Source: Xylographa opegraphella
Taxonomy: Eukaryota
DNA: 45,134 bases
Direction: 5' to 3'
Assembly: GCA_022813865.1 (NCBI GenBank)
Contig: JALDZX010000003.1
Coordinates: 682,001-727,134 of the forward strand
Numbering within the stretch: position 1 is the stretch's first letter; every line of letters starts with the position of its first letter. Shown one piece after another: positions 1 through 12,531 of this stretch. The notes below the pieces were generated by a model that worked only from the letters and a program-made list of their open reading frames with translations, was not told the origin of the DNA and did no database searches. The translations under genes were made by a program, and so were the position numbers.

Positions 1-209
1 ACTTCGGATTTGGCAAGCTCTATCTTCTGTATTCACTTTTGTCTATTAACTATATCGGATCTTAAAAGATGCCAGGGAACCTGAAGCCGCCGCAAGTTTG
101 CTATCATAGGAGGGATCTTCAAGTGGAAGAATTTCGGCACATCCAGTATTGGTCACAGCCTTAATGGACGAAGAACGGTTTTTGTGCTTCAGTAGTCATG
201 GCCTTAAAG

Positions 210-1251
210 TTACCAAGTCATGACCTGCCCTTTGCCTTTGCCTGAAATAGACTTATTACCCCAATATCGACCAGAGACACCTCCAATATCCTTGAAACCA
301 AGTCGGTATGGAATTCTTGCGCCTTCCTCTGCCACGATATCAGAGTACCATCACCGAATCGTAAGACTGAAGTGATATCACTTACCAGGGGATTTGGGAG
401 GTCGCCCACCAATCATCTTTCCCATGTCAGTGGATACCCAACCGGGACAGCAAGCATTAATGGCGACATCTGGATTCTCGCGAGCTAGTACAGCGGTGAA
501 AGCATTCTGTGCCGACTTGCTGACTTTGTACGCCATACGAGGCCATCCATGTTGACTTTCTGTGCCCTCAGTGGCACATTTCTGTGGTCAGGAATCAACT
601 TAAGCGGCCAAAAATAGTCAGAATCATTGTTAGCTGACCTGATACTCCTGCATCATTCCTTCGAGGTCCTTCAATGTCATGTTGGGGCTGCGGAAACGCT
701 GTTGAAGGACATCTCCATACTCTCCAAGGCTACTAGCGGTTGATGACACATTGACGATTCTCCCGCCTTTTCTTAGAAGGGGAATAAATGTTTGACACAT
801 CTGACAGATCTTATAAGCAGTTGGGTGATCGGAAGTAGTTCAGTTGACTCACACGCAATGTGCCGCGGTAATTCGTATCCAGTGTGAGCTTCACGTTCTG
901 TGGCGAATACTGGTCATCAACATTGATACCGGCGTTGTTGATGATCACATCACAGCCGCCATGCGCTTTCTTTATTAGATTGGCTAGGTTATCGATGCTC
1001 ACAGGATCTGTAATGTCAAGTTTATGGTACTCAATTTGCGTATCGCTGGACGCTACTTTGATGCCAAGGTTCATCCCTTTGCGTGATGTTGCGTAAAGGA
1101 TCATCGGTTGCTGAGCATTACTGGCAATGGTTTGACATATTGCCTCGCCGATGCCACGATTCTGTTGTTTTAGATTAGGGCTACTCAAACGAACAATAAA
1201 TTGCTGGGTCCTCACAGCACCAGTAACAATTGTGACAAATGCACTTCCCAT
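210..1251 (-). CDS. Short-chain dehydrogenase/reductase, carbonyl reductase (CBR1-like); 5 exons
   Basis: ATG at 1251. After splicing introns 1162-1215, 801-852, ~582-638 and one starting at 385, the protein reads MGSAFVTIVTGANRGIG (Rossmann TGxxxGIG), INNAG, RIVNVSS, catalytic YKVSK (YxxxK) and NACCPGWVSTDMG. Stop TAA at 210-212. Confidence 0.9.
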
Positions 1252-1623
1252 GGTGGCTGGTAACAAGTCGACAACTATATAATCGGATATATATACAAGA
1301 TAACGAGATGGGAACCAACAACCGCAAATGATATGCTTCCCGATAGATAGTGCGAAAGAACACAGTGATAGAGAACAAGCTGGAATTCGATTTTGGGGAA
1401 TATATATTACAACATCATTCAATTCTATGACGCCCTTCCGTTATAGATAATCCAGGGATCAGGAAAACGTATTGCGATCAGTATATGTTTCATCGACTGA
1501 AACTTTTTACGATATAATTCAAATAGTTGTTAAAGAGGCTGCTGATTAGGTAGTCGAGCAGTGAAATTGCGTAAGTACCGTGAGGAGCAGAATTACTTAC
1601 TTGCCCACGTCGTCCACACGAAC

Positions 1624-1631
1624 TCACGTGA
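1624..1631. promoter_or_regulatory. Palindromic E-box TCACGTGA in the divergent SDR/SAM35 promoter
   Basis: Exact TCACGTGA about 95 bp upstream of the SAM35 ATG. This is a bHLH (Cbf1/SREBP-type) consensus; function not shown. Confidence 0.3.
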
Positions 1632-1723
1632 TAATGAGAGTTACCAGGGTAACCTTCACCGGGTAGGCAATGCAGGAAATTTGTTTTGCCGCAAGCTCCA
1701 ACATGAATTATTGAAGCTGAGCA

Positions 1724-2786
1724 ATGCCATCAAGCAATGATGGCTCGAAAGCGCCGTCGAGTGAATACGGAGATTCAACATCTTGGACTCCCTCTTCCGC
1801 TCGACCTTCTCTTCCACGTCGTCCCTGGCCTGCTCTACCGGCACCATTGAAGCACCTCTTCTCCAAGTTCCCGCTCCGCACCTTGCCTCCCTCACAACTG
1901 CCCGCTCGTACAGCGAATCACAGAGACCAACATGTCCTTTACATTTTTACCGATCCTTCTGGACCAGAATACAACACCCCGTCCTTTAATCCGACCTGTC
2001 TAAAGTGGCAGACCTATTTAAAATTCATTGGCCTGGATTTTCGCACGGTTGCGTCGAGTAATCATGCTTCCCCAACCGGTGCCTTGCCATTCCTGATGCC
2101 TGCCTCAAGCTCAAATCCTCAAGGAGAGGCTAGCGGACACACTTTGGTTGTGCCAAGCAGCAAGCTCCAGAAATGGACGCGAGAGAAAGGCCTCACCCAA
2201 GAGGAACCGGACAGCATGCGGTATGAGGCCTACACGTCGTTGCTCGACCACCGTATACGGAGAGCATGGGTTAGTCACCTTTCGTGGCATTTTCCTTTAT
2301 ACTCGGGCTTCTTAGGTTCTGTTCCTGCTGACGGCGCTGACGGCTTTGTAGCTTTATACGCTTTATCTTGTTCCCCAACACTTCCATTCAATCGCTGCGC
2401 CTCTGTATATATATCCTTCCACGCTTTCACCACCGGCTCGTTTCGCCCTTTCCCGCGCCCTCCAGGCAGCTGCTTTGGCAGAACTTTTGTCTACTTTATC
2501 CACAGTTTCGCCAGATAGTCTGATAAGCGAGGCGGACGAAGCATTCGGAGCTTTGTCCACTATACTAGGGAACGACGATTGGTTTTTCCGGTCAAAAGAG
2601 CCCGGACTGTTTGATGCTAGCGTTTTCGCATATACCTACCTTCTACTAGATGGCATGAAGTGGGAAGAGGGTACCCTGGAGAAAATGCTACGAGTATACG
2701 GGAACCTGGTTGAGCACAAGGATCGCATTGCTCTCAGATTCTACAAATCTGATTTCAGAGTTCGGGCAGGCAAGCAGAACAAATGA
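1724..2786 (+). CDS. SAM35: Mitochondrial outer-membrane SAM complex subunit Sam35 / metaxin-like (GST fold); 2 exons
   Basis: Motifs PAPLKHLFSKFPL, PSFNPTCLKWQTYLKF, SNHASPTGALPFL and LGNDDWFF..PGLFDASVFAY. Intron 2270-2351 (GTTAGT..GCTGAC..TAG) joins ORFs 1724 and 2475 in frame. Confidence 0.8.
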
Positions 2787-3256
2787 GAAGGTATCTATAC
2801 GAAACATGGAAGCTGTATGTATGTCTGATCTCCAATGGCATTCTACACTCCTGTATAACATGTATAATACTGCTATTCACACGCCAAAAATGGGTTATGA
2901 CATCTGAATGCTTTGCCAACCTTCTTTCAAGGAAAAGATGCATCTGTGTGGTTCCATGGCACGAGAGACAGTACGTTTGTTATCTAATCAAGAGTGAAAG
3001 AGTATCATGGATACAGTTACAAACAAGGTAACAAACCCTTTGACTTAACAATGAATTGACTGCGATAAAGACTATATCTTAACATGTTTCTTGAAAGTGT
3101 TATCGTTCTCCTCACTTGCGTATTCTTACCTAATCTGATTTTCTGCTTTCCCAGTTTTTCGCATATAGACATACCCTTTTTACCACAAAATATCAGCAAA
3201 ACTGCCAGTACTTCCTAACGACCTTCGAAACCAGCGGCCACCCTCCCTTGGCCATC

Positions 3257-3916
3257 ATGGTAGGTTTAATTTCCCGTGCGGACCTTCAGTTCGACCTCTT
3301 CGACGCACTGGGACTCAACCCCACGAACGGTTCAATCACAGTCACATCCATCCATCGACGGTGGCGCCGCGTGAACCTGCAAATTCACCCGGACAAGCTC
3401 GCTAATGCCAGATACATCCCCATCTTCCCTACTTACACTCAAGCGCAGAAAGCGAAAGACTACCTCCTCGCGGAGGACAACAAAGGCGCATCCCCAGAGT
3501 CACGCATTCAGGCCGCTCTATCAAGCGGGAAAGCTAGCTATCGCAGCACCTGGAATCCGTGGGCGACGCCGAACACGGAGCATGTCCTGAAGCCGATCCC
3601 TGGGGCATCGAGTGTGGAGACACACAAGCCAGCAAAGCTGGAGCCGGATGGGTGCGTGCCCGAGCAGCAAGAGGCGGCACCAGACAACGGCGGTTGGACG
3701 GCGGAACGGCTCGAGAGATGGTGGACGGGGAGTGAGCTTCCGGATTGGGAAGGCAGGATGCAGTGGGCGGAAGAGGAATTGAGACGAGAGCGGCAGGCTA
3801 AGCGAGATCGGGGGCTTCGTAGCGAGCTGAGGGAGAAGAGACGAAGGATGAAGAGGAGAAAGAAGAAGTACGTTGACGTAGAGGGTGACACAAATCAGGA
3901 ATTCCAAAAACACTAA
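3257..3916 (+). CDS. Small intronless J-domain (DnaJ class C) protein with a basic C-terminus
   Basis: DLFDALGL...IHRRWRRVNLQIHPDK...AKDYLL matches the J-domain layout with an HPD motif. K/R-rich tail. ATG at 3257. Confidence 0.65.
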   Translation: MVGLISRADLQFDLFDALGLNPTNGSITVTSIHRRWRRVNLQIHPDKLANARYIPIFPTYTQAQKAKDYLLAEDNKGASPESRIQAALSSGKASYRSTWNPWATPNTEHVLKPIPGASSVETHKPAKLEPDGCVPEQQEAAPDNGGWTAERLERWWTGSELPDWEGRMQWAEEELRRERQAKRDRGLRSELREKRRRMKRRKKKYVDVEGDTNQEFQKH

Positions 3917-4187
3917 GTATGAGCTGGCAGCGGAGCGTACTGCAACTGCTGCCAGTTCAAGTCTGCTGTTCGTATGCTGGATCAAAAGTGATATTTAGGT
4001 AGCATTTGAAAGCATACTGGCGTCAGCAAATTTAGTTGTGTAGTTTAATTCAAATGCTCACAAATAGCTAAGATTCTTGTTAAACCATGATTATGACCGA
4101 GCACCGGGTATGACCCACCACACGCTATGCACGACAACCAAAACGCCATGAAATCAACCTTCATGCAGCCGCTCAAGTCGGCACCAC

Positions 4188-5239
4188 CTAGCGGCTCATT
4201 CCGCCGAACACAGCACTTTCCCGCAAATCCTCTACCAGGTCCGCCACATTTCCTAAATACCTACCTAATAGCGCCTGCTTCTCCTCCGTACCCTTCGTGT
4301 CCCCCTCCTCGCCTGCCCACTTCGACCCACTTCCGCTCCGTACATGCATGTTCGCGATTGCGAGACCGGAATCCGCGGGTGTTTCTGGCATGAGGTAGAA
4401 GTAGAAAAACTCGACGGATTTCATCTTGACTTCTCGGCTCGCGGAGCGGGATTTGAACAGCGAGGTGACGGTGAGAAGCCCGTCAAGCGTCTCGAATGTG
4501 CGGGTGTTGCGCGGAGTGCAGAGCAGGGCGGCGACGAGGGTGTGCAGGGCGGAGGAGTGGATGGCAGGGCAAAGCGTGGGGTCGAGGAGATCGAGGAGAA
4601 GCTGATTGGGCAAGTAGGTCAGCTAGGTTGACGTGTACGGAAGGTAAGACCTGCTGTTGGGTGTAGATGGAGGGATTCTATAGGGAAGACTTACGTTCAT
4701 ATAGATTTCTCGGGCGAACAGAGAGCGTGAGGGTGGGTGCATTAGGAGGATACCTTGGAGAAGATCCAGGGTTGAGACTATCAAAAGATCATTTTGTCCA
4801 TCTGAGCGTAGAGGTATCGTCGTCAGCTTCACAGATAATAGGCTGGCTATTTCACACTATGAATATACTTACTGCTGCCTTTCCCTAGAAGTCGCTCGAG
4901 ACAGGAGATCAACCGTATAGCAACTATGTCTGTCTTTAGCTGTCTAGCTCTTGTGCTTTCTTAAAGTCCCAGCTTCCTACCGTTCCACTCAAACCCTTCC
5001 TGTAATTTGAAGAACTCTCGGAACGCTGGATCATCTTTCAGTTGCGACAGTTCTTTCGGTGGCTGCTCCTTGCTTGATTGTACGGCTACCGACCTTCGTC
5101 TGTCTGGGGTTGATGTCTTGCTGGATTTAGACAAGCAGATTTGTGCCAGAAGTCCTTCGAGTTGTCGAAGGCCTTTGCGTATTTTGCCGGCGTCGAAGGA
5201 GGAGAGGTAATCGAAGGAGAGTGATAGAAGTGATTCCAT
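4188..5239 (-). CDS. cdc14: Septation initiation network component Cdc14 (S. pombe Cdc14 type, not the Cdc14 phosphatase); 4 exons
   Basis: Motifs MESLLSLSFDYLSS..KIRKGLRQLEGLL, DDPAFREFFKLQEGFEWNV, LDLLQGILLMHPPSR, NTRTFE.LDGL, EFFYFYLMPE and EEKQALLGRYL.NV.DLVEDL. Canonical introns at 4924-4980, ~4802-4872 and ~4602-4694. Confidence 0.88.
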
Positions 5240-5824
5240 CGTTGGTAGCGTGATTTAACACTTCGCTCCTCACACCCAGCTTCGTATGATTATTTCACAA
5301 GGTTAGGCAAAGAGTTGTCCGATTTGCAGTTTGCTGCTTGTAAACAGAGATCATAACCCTAAATCAAGCCCCGTAGGCCGTTGCCCCGGCAATGTGGCGC
5401 CAGGATCTCCCTTGGCATTTCAGCCAACGCCCTTGCGCAAGATGACTGATATGCAATCCTTCCATACACTCGACCTTCTCGACCCGATTCTGAAATAGCT
5501 AAGTCGTATACAGAAAAGATTTCATCTTGACAAGTATGAGAACCAAAGCGGCTGCTGGGTCTTCCTCAACCTATCACATGTCCTGCGGAAGATTTTGGTA
5601 CCCCGCGGGACACTAGGATGCGCCCATCCACGCCCTCCCCAGTAGCAGATGCTGGACCTTTTTCAGCTCGGATATCGCATAGCAGCATACGGTTCTCGCA
5701 CTGCAAGTCACCTACTCACTCTCGTGTGAAGCTTGCCCCACCTTGCGCGGCAACTCTCAGCCCGCACCGCTAGTGAGATCCTGCAGAAGGTTCCTCGTCG
5801 GTGCTGCCTGGCGTCTTCGAGACC

Positions 5825-7044
5825 ATGGTCTCCGAAAATCCCCAATCTCCCAACGCGATACCTCCTCGGACGAGTTCGACTGGCTTGAATCTGGGTTTCG
5901 TTCCAGCAGCAAAACCCGTGTTGAGGCCCGTTTCCGAAGGCGATTGGATCTCTCATGGGAAGAAACTGCCCACATCCTCTTCGACAGCTCCAATTCCAAA
6001 CACCCTCAGACCAAAGATGGATGGTATGGCTAAGGGCGACGGTACGACCTGGTCTGAAGAGAAGGAAAAGATCCTAATGGGCCCGTACGACTACCTTTCT
6101 CATCAGCCTGGGAAAGATGTGCGGAAGCAGTTGATCACAGCCTTTAATGCGTGGTTGAAAGTACCAGAGAAGAATTTGGTCATTATTTCAAATGTAGTGA
6201 TTATGCTCCATACGTCATCTTTGTTGTAAGTAGTGCTTGCGTTTTCTCAGCGTTCTACTGACACTGTTCTGTGAAGAGTTGATGATGTGGAGGACTCCTC
6301 ACTTCTCCGCCGGGGTGTTCCTGTCGCACATAGCATATTCGGAACCGCACAGACACTCAATTCAGCCAACTACGTTTATTTCTGTGCGCTCCAAGAACTA
6401 CTCAAGCTCAACAATCCAAAATCTATACAAATCTATACCGACGAGCTGTGCAACTTACATCGAGGACAGGGTATGGATTTGTTCTGGCGGGATACATTGA
6501 CATGTCCCAGCGAAGAGGACTATCTGGAAATGGTGAGCAACAAGACCGGAGGACTATTCAGACTCGCGATCAAACTCATGCAGGCTGAGAGCAGTAGTGA
6601 CCGGTATGACATTTCTTGGGACTTTCGTGCTGCCTGAAAAGTCTAACAGCTGAACCAAGTGATTGTGTTCCACTCGTCAATCTGATTGGCCTGATCTTCC
6701 AAATTCGCGATGACTACATGAACCTCCACAGCACAGACTATACTCACAACAAAGGGCTCTGTGAAGATCTTACTGAGGGTAAATTCTCGTTCCCGGTTAT
6801 CCACAGTATACGCGCCAATCCGCAAAACATGCAATTGATCAACATAATCAAGCAAAAGCCAACGGATGAAACGGTCAAGAAGTATGCGGTGAGCTACATG
6901 GAAAGCACCGGAAGTTTTGATTATTGCAGGAAAGTGGTCAAGGAACTCATTGAAAAGGCCCTTGCGACAGTACATACCCTTGATGCGGGCGCAGGCGAGA
7001 GTGAGGGTGTAAAAGCCATTTTGAACAAGCTTGTCATGGATTGA
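5825..7044 (+). CDS. BTS1: Geranylgeranyl diphosphate synthase (type III, Bts1/Al-3 family); 3 exons
   Basis: Motifs GPYDYL..PGKDVR, first Asp-rich motif [27 protein letters not shown] and second Asp-rich region [21 protein letters not shown]. Introns 6226-6276 and 6604-6659. Confidence 0.95.
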
Positions 7045-7710
7045 TCGTTTCTCACACTTAGTACTCTGCAGCCCGAATTTCGAGAGTGAGATTGGATTAT
7101 ATTTGAGAAACTAGAGGACGGGGAGTTTTGCAAGAGGTTGTCGAACTTACGCAATAGAAACACACTCGAGTCTAGAGGTGAGCCGTTTCCAGTCAAAAGG
7201 CCTGATACCGCATACGGAACAACTATCGCGAGGGAAATTGTCGTGATAGCGGAGCCCGGTAGTACGAAATCAAGCCACGAATACACGGATGGCATGAGCC
7301 TTGGTTCCCCTTCAACTAACTGCGGCAACCCGCACGCCTTGAATTCGGCACATCTTGTCAGCATTATCGCTTGGGAATATTTTGTGATTTGGAGGCTAGT
7401 CTGAACACTTTTGATATCCATTTACTGTATCCTGTCTTAGCCATACCATCGTATCAGCAGCAACATTAGTTACGCGTTACAGCAGTCCTTTACCGTGGAA
7501 GCATCAGTTACACATACAGAAACATATTATATTATTCCTCTTCCTAGACGCATGTAGCACGACCTGGTGGGATCTCCCCAATTACTGGTCTAATCTATGG
7601 GTATTCGTCACATCATTCAATGCTTTCCCGATACATGTAACGGAACGAAAGCCCAAACTATACCCCAATATCGCACCCACCCGCTCGCTCCCGAGGGGTT
7701 TGCGTCTCCG

Positions 7711-8937
7711 CTACACAATCTCCAACGCTCTCACAGGTTGCCCGGTCGATCCTTTCTCCGCCCACCCCATGCATTCCGGCGAGCTCGGCGCACTCGCCGC
7801 ACAGGTGAAGCTCTCCTTCCTCGTCACGAACGGTAAGGCAGCTGGCGAAGTCCGACCGCCTCCGAGCCAGGACCTGATGCTGCAGAATCCACGGTGGTAG
7901 GAGTCGCGGCTGGCGAAACCGAGGAAGAGAGGGCGGTACGTCGGCAGGCAGGCGCAGATGATGGCGAAGGCGGGCTCGATGATCGTGTAGAGGAAGGGCA
8001 TGGTGATGGTGGCGGAGACGTCGGAAAGGGTGAGCAGCGGGACGGAGCCGATACGGCCGGCGGAGACGGCGAGGACGCTGTAGGCGTTTGTTAGCTTGGG
8101 CGAGCTGGGGAAGGGCGGACGGAAGTGCTTGGGGGTGACTGACATGATGCCGAGGAGCAGGATGGCCAGAAGAAGCATGCGCTGCTTCAAGGGCACTTGG
8201 AGCTGCCAGATCAGCTTGACGGGCATGAAGTTCACGAGGATGTCGAGGACCATGTTGGAGACGGTGAAGCCGTAGTACATGGCTTGCAGGTTGATGCATG
8301 TGCCCTGGGAGGTGTGGTCCCATGCGAAGGCGACGGGTTGGCATTGGAAGAAGGTGACGAAGACCACGATCGTGAACCAGAGGAGGCAGAGGCCGCTGAC
8401 GATGTAGATGGCGTAGCGGAAGCGGCCCTGGGAGAAGATCCTCCGGTACAGGAGGAGCACGGAGATCTTGGCGGCGGTGATGGCGAGCGCGTAGAGGAAG
8501 AGGGAGGCGAAGAGTGTCTGATGGCTATCAGCAAAGTCGAGCCCAAGGTCGGACGAGGAGAGAAACGCACTCTGTAGAAGACATAGGATTGTGCCGGGGA
8601 CGAAAACTCGTCCGGGATACCCATACCGCCATCGTTTGCCACTACGGGGGAGTTGTTAGTGCCGCCATTCATACACGAAGTGGGAGATTGTGGGAAACAC
8701 ACTGATCACACCATCAACGACGAGACCCCATAGAGGTATCAAGCTGAGACTTATACATAGGTCGTCGGCTCCGAGAGCAGAGATGGTCTTCCATCTTGCC
8801 CACAGCCGTAGCAGGACGGCCAGTGTCGAGGCGGTTGCAAGCCCTACGCCGACGTAGATACAAAACCGGCCTTCCGCCCATGCTCCTTCGTATACTTCAG
8901 CGAAGATAATAGGGTCCATTCCAGTTGAGTTGGCCAT
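7711..8937 (-). CDS. PTH11-like (fungal rhodopsin-domain) multi-pass membrane protein, no CFEM domain; 4 exons
   Basis: Motifs AVLLRLWAR..LGADD, KISVLLLYRRIF, FQCQPVAFAWD..GTCIN, LDILVNFMP..IWQLQ and IEPAFAIICACLPTYRPL. Introns ~8641-8702, ~8518-8570 and 8078-8143. Confidence 0.88.
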
Positions 8938-10102
8938 TGACGTGAAACTGTTATGGGCTTTTTCACCCAGCAAGATACAATTGAATACGGTCGCCGATAA
9001 GGAAAGTACGATGCAGACATGGTGACTACCTTATATCGAGGACGTGAGAAGCCCCAGCCTTACCACCGGGGCTCTTTGAAGGACTGTACATTTTGCTCGT
9101 CACTGCTCGTCGCTCGAGTGCAGCACAAGGACGTATGGGGTGCATACCATGGTGAGCCATACTCAGATAAGAGTATCCGCGACCAGGGGCGATACTGCAA
9201 CCTGGTCAGCTGAGACGGAGTCCTGTTCGGTCCTTCCCAGGCAGGGAGCAGTCACTCTTTCTCGGGTGGGCCAGGCCGCAAGCTTGCTGGGAGCCGTAAG
9301 CGAGTTTGTGTCCGGAAAGGCAATTCCGCCAAGGACTGCAGGACGGGGCGACTTCGGGCGCCGACGTCCTTCGGCACGCGCTAAGAGGGCTAGGCCGAGG
9401 AGAGCGAGTGGACCAATGGGAAGCTGGCATCATCGATGACATAATACGGCAGAGTGGTTTCGCATAAATCTTTGCCTCAAGGGACATAAATCTCCGCTAC
9501 ACCCACCGGAGCATTGTTCGCAAACTTTGAAGCTCATCTTTACCATTTCAGTCAGTGCAACAGACGTCACGTTGGTCTATGGGTCTCCGATTGTGATGCC
9601 TGTTGCAGTGAAACTCTGCAGACTAACAAGGGGTTCTCATCCAGCAGCGATTCATCGGTCTTCGTGGAACGATGCTCAAATGATAATCGGCGGTCTCATA
9701 TACCTGAATCCTGTCTTACAGGACTGTCGAAAATCTGGTGACGAGAGATTGCGGTACACGGTAACCGTTTCTCGTCCTGTAGAGATGTAAGTTGTGTAAT
9801 TCAAGGAACGACTTACTTCTCGCTCGAGCTTCATTATCTGCCATGCAATGGACGAGTCCTGTCACAAGTTGCGCATGAATTCACTCTTAAATCTACTCCC
9901 AACAGTCAAGTATCAGCCTGTAACCATTAGTCAGGTCACACATGACATCCACAAAGTCATGGCAAGAAGTCAAAGCATGTGGAGCACATTCTCCAGCTGA
10001 ACCATTTCATTGTTATACAATCAGGCTATACCATGTTGCCAGACCCGGATCCCTCGATCATCATTCTGTTCTTTTCCTCCCATGCCTTTCATCCGAATTT
10101 CA

Positions 10103-10600
10103 TCATTCGTCCCTCATCGTTCGCTTCTTGACAACTTGGCCATCGACGTCTTGAATCTTGATGGCTGGGACTTCGGCGCCGCCGGCTTGGACGAAGGAAT
10201 CTTCGGCTACGCGACTGTCGGTCTTGCTGGCATTCAATACATTTGCTTGAATGGCTAGACTATCGGTAGATGGGGCCTTCTTTCGTGGTATACCCCAAGC
10301 CTCCGCAAAGATATCCTCCATGGTGCGCTTCTTGACTACTCGGCCTTCGATGACTTTGAGCTTGGCACCGGAAGCTTCGGCGTCGTGGGCTTGGACGAAA
10401 GAATCGTTGATTGCTCGTTGGTCGGAATTTTCGCCCTTCGATGCTTTACTTTGTCCACCCAGGCTATCCGTGGAAGGTGTCTTCTTTCGCGTGATACCCC
10501 AAGCTCGCGCGAACATGTCTTCCATGGTACGCTTTTTGACGACCCGACCTTCGGGGGCTTTGAGCGTGGTAGCCGAAGATCCGGCATCGTTTGCATGAAC
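10103..10600 (-). repeat. Intragenic 204-bp (68-codon) diverged tandem repeat, ~2.3-2.5 copies
   Basis: The Met codon of VVKKRTM recurs at 10523, 10319 and 10115, i.e. exact 204-bp spacing. Confidence 0.85.
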
Positions 10601-11631
10601 GTTGGTGTCTTGAACGTCCAATGCACTAGTCTGAAAGACCAAACTCTCCATCGCTTGGGCTCCATCCTCGAGGGCAATGTCTTCGGCTTGGACGATGTGC
10701 TCTTTGCTCTTGCTGTTACCGGTGAAGATATCTCGAAAGATTTTGGATGGTTTTTTGATGAGTGAGCGTTTGAGGAATCCGTCTTCGGCGCTACCGGCTT
10801 TGGCTTTTGAAGCTTCTCGGATTTGCCTTTCTTCAGCAGTATCGAAGCATGCAGAACTCAGCCGGATGGTATCACCTTTTTGCTCCGCCTGTCTGAACAG
10901 AGCACTGGTCCGCTGGAAGGAACTGCTAGCTGGCTGGGCGATATCCTTGGTCTGCTCGAAATGATCATTGATAGAGGTTTTTATCGTCACACCTTCTTCC
11001 TTTTCCCATTCTTTACTCATCAGGAGCATTTTGGCTACCTTTGATCCGACACGGTCAACCATCTCTGGATCGTGGCTCCACTCGTGGTTCGTCAACTCAT
11101 CTTGAGCCGACATCGGGGTCCAATAGCCTGCATTCTGAATACAAAATTTGACAACTGTGTCGTAGTCTCTAAAAAGTCTAGGCTTACGCAGTACGCCATT
11201 GATCACTTCGGATTCGGTCATCATTATAGTGCACCAGCCGACCTGTGTTGCTATCAGTCTACTATCGAAGTATCTGGTTCGGTTTTTCTTACCGTCACCA
11301 CATTGGTGTTACGCTTGATGATCAATTCGGTGCTTTCGTACAGCTCTTTCTTCTTTCGAGAGAAAAACTCACTTGGACTTTCCAAGTCAAAAAACTGAAC
11401 CATGAACGAGCGATTGTATTTGATGAGGAAAGTTGCAATGCCGTCTGCAAGGCGAATGTGTGAGGTATCACCCTCTTCAGTGATTGGAATACTCATATCT
11501 ACTTCAGCAGGATATCTATCCTCGATATCGAGTGGAAGGGCAGGAGGGTTTGGGCCTGCAGGTATAGTGTTTCGTGGCCAGAATGATGGGAGAGCATCGA
11601 AGTCCCGTAGGCCTTGGTTCGGTAGCGCCAT
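10103..11631 (-). CDS. Hypothetical protein (~490 aa) with C-terminal 68-aa tandem repeats; 2 exons
   Basis: Intron 11243-11292 (GTAAGA..CTGAT..CAG) joins ORF 11254-11631 in frame to ORF 10103-11224. No family recognised. Confidence 0.7.
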
Positions 11632-12531
11632 CTTAGCGCTTCTCGGCAGTGTTGATTCACACAGTCAAACAGTATTCACGGAGCTGGATTACGAAGGTCA
11701 GCTATTGTATAGCAAACAACTACCACCATCGTCCTGGTGTACAGGAAAGACCTGATGCATACCTTGCTGTGATCTGTTGTCCTGGCAGTTGGAAATGGGA
11801 TGATGAACAGGAAGAGAGCTGGCCGCCACCGAAGGCCATTTTATCTTGGGCTCCAGCATTGGACTAATTTCCCCTCCTGCGCATGCGGGGATTGTTGGGC
11901 GAGGCTTGCGGGGGTCCTGCTATGAAGCATACGAGGGGTAATGAAAACGAAGTGAGCGACTGAACAGGTATGTAAGTTTCCGTGACTACATGGCTATATA
12001 CTCATATATGAACGATAATGGAGATGCCCATGGACTGCCTCGCAATGCCATGTAGCTGCTATAAAGCCTCCATCCTGCCTGTGCCTCCATCGTCGAAGAT
12101 AGCACTCTGTTCCCCAGTTCTGGCATGTGAGGCGGCAATTCTTACTATACCCGCCGACATTAGGCCCGTAGGCGCCACAAGCGCGTTTTATCACTTTCGT
12201 CCTCACTTGTCGGCTGAGGTTCGCTTGGGTCTCATTTCCCGCTAGTGCATATTAAGATTGCACGGTCAATTCACGATCGATACCATCTGTGACTCAGAAA
12301 GAGTGATCATCTTAACACGATAAGCGCGATTGACACACCCACCCCACTTGAACTCCCTGTTCTCAGACCGTCTTCCGTGTCAATCCTCTTCGTCACTGAT
12401 AGTAACAATCATTCGTGTCAATCGTCTCATCCTCATAGGTTACTTGATCGGCTACGCGGCTACTTGACGCCCCATAGCACTACCCACTTTATCTCTACCC
12501 CACCAACCCCCTCCCCTCCCCTCCAACAATC

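Noticed and set aside
6921..7421. 166-aa antisense ORF overlapping the GGPP synthase 3' end
   Set aside because: No recognisable motif or splice structure; likely a chance ORF.
7658..8702. Long alternative-frame ORFs in GC islands (also 12581-13230 and 23618-24216)
   Set aside because: Shadow ORFs caused by stop-codon depletion in high-GC coding sequence.
5825..8937. GGPP synthase as the core of a diterpene or indole-diterpene cluster
   Set aside because: No terpene cyclase, P450, prenyltransferase or monooxygenase in the window. The neighbours are housekeeping genes.
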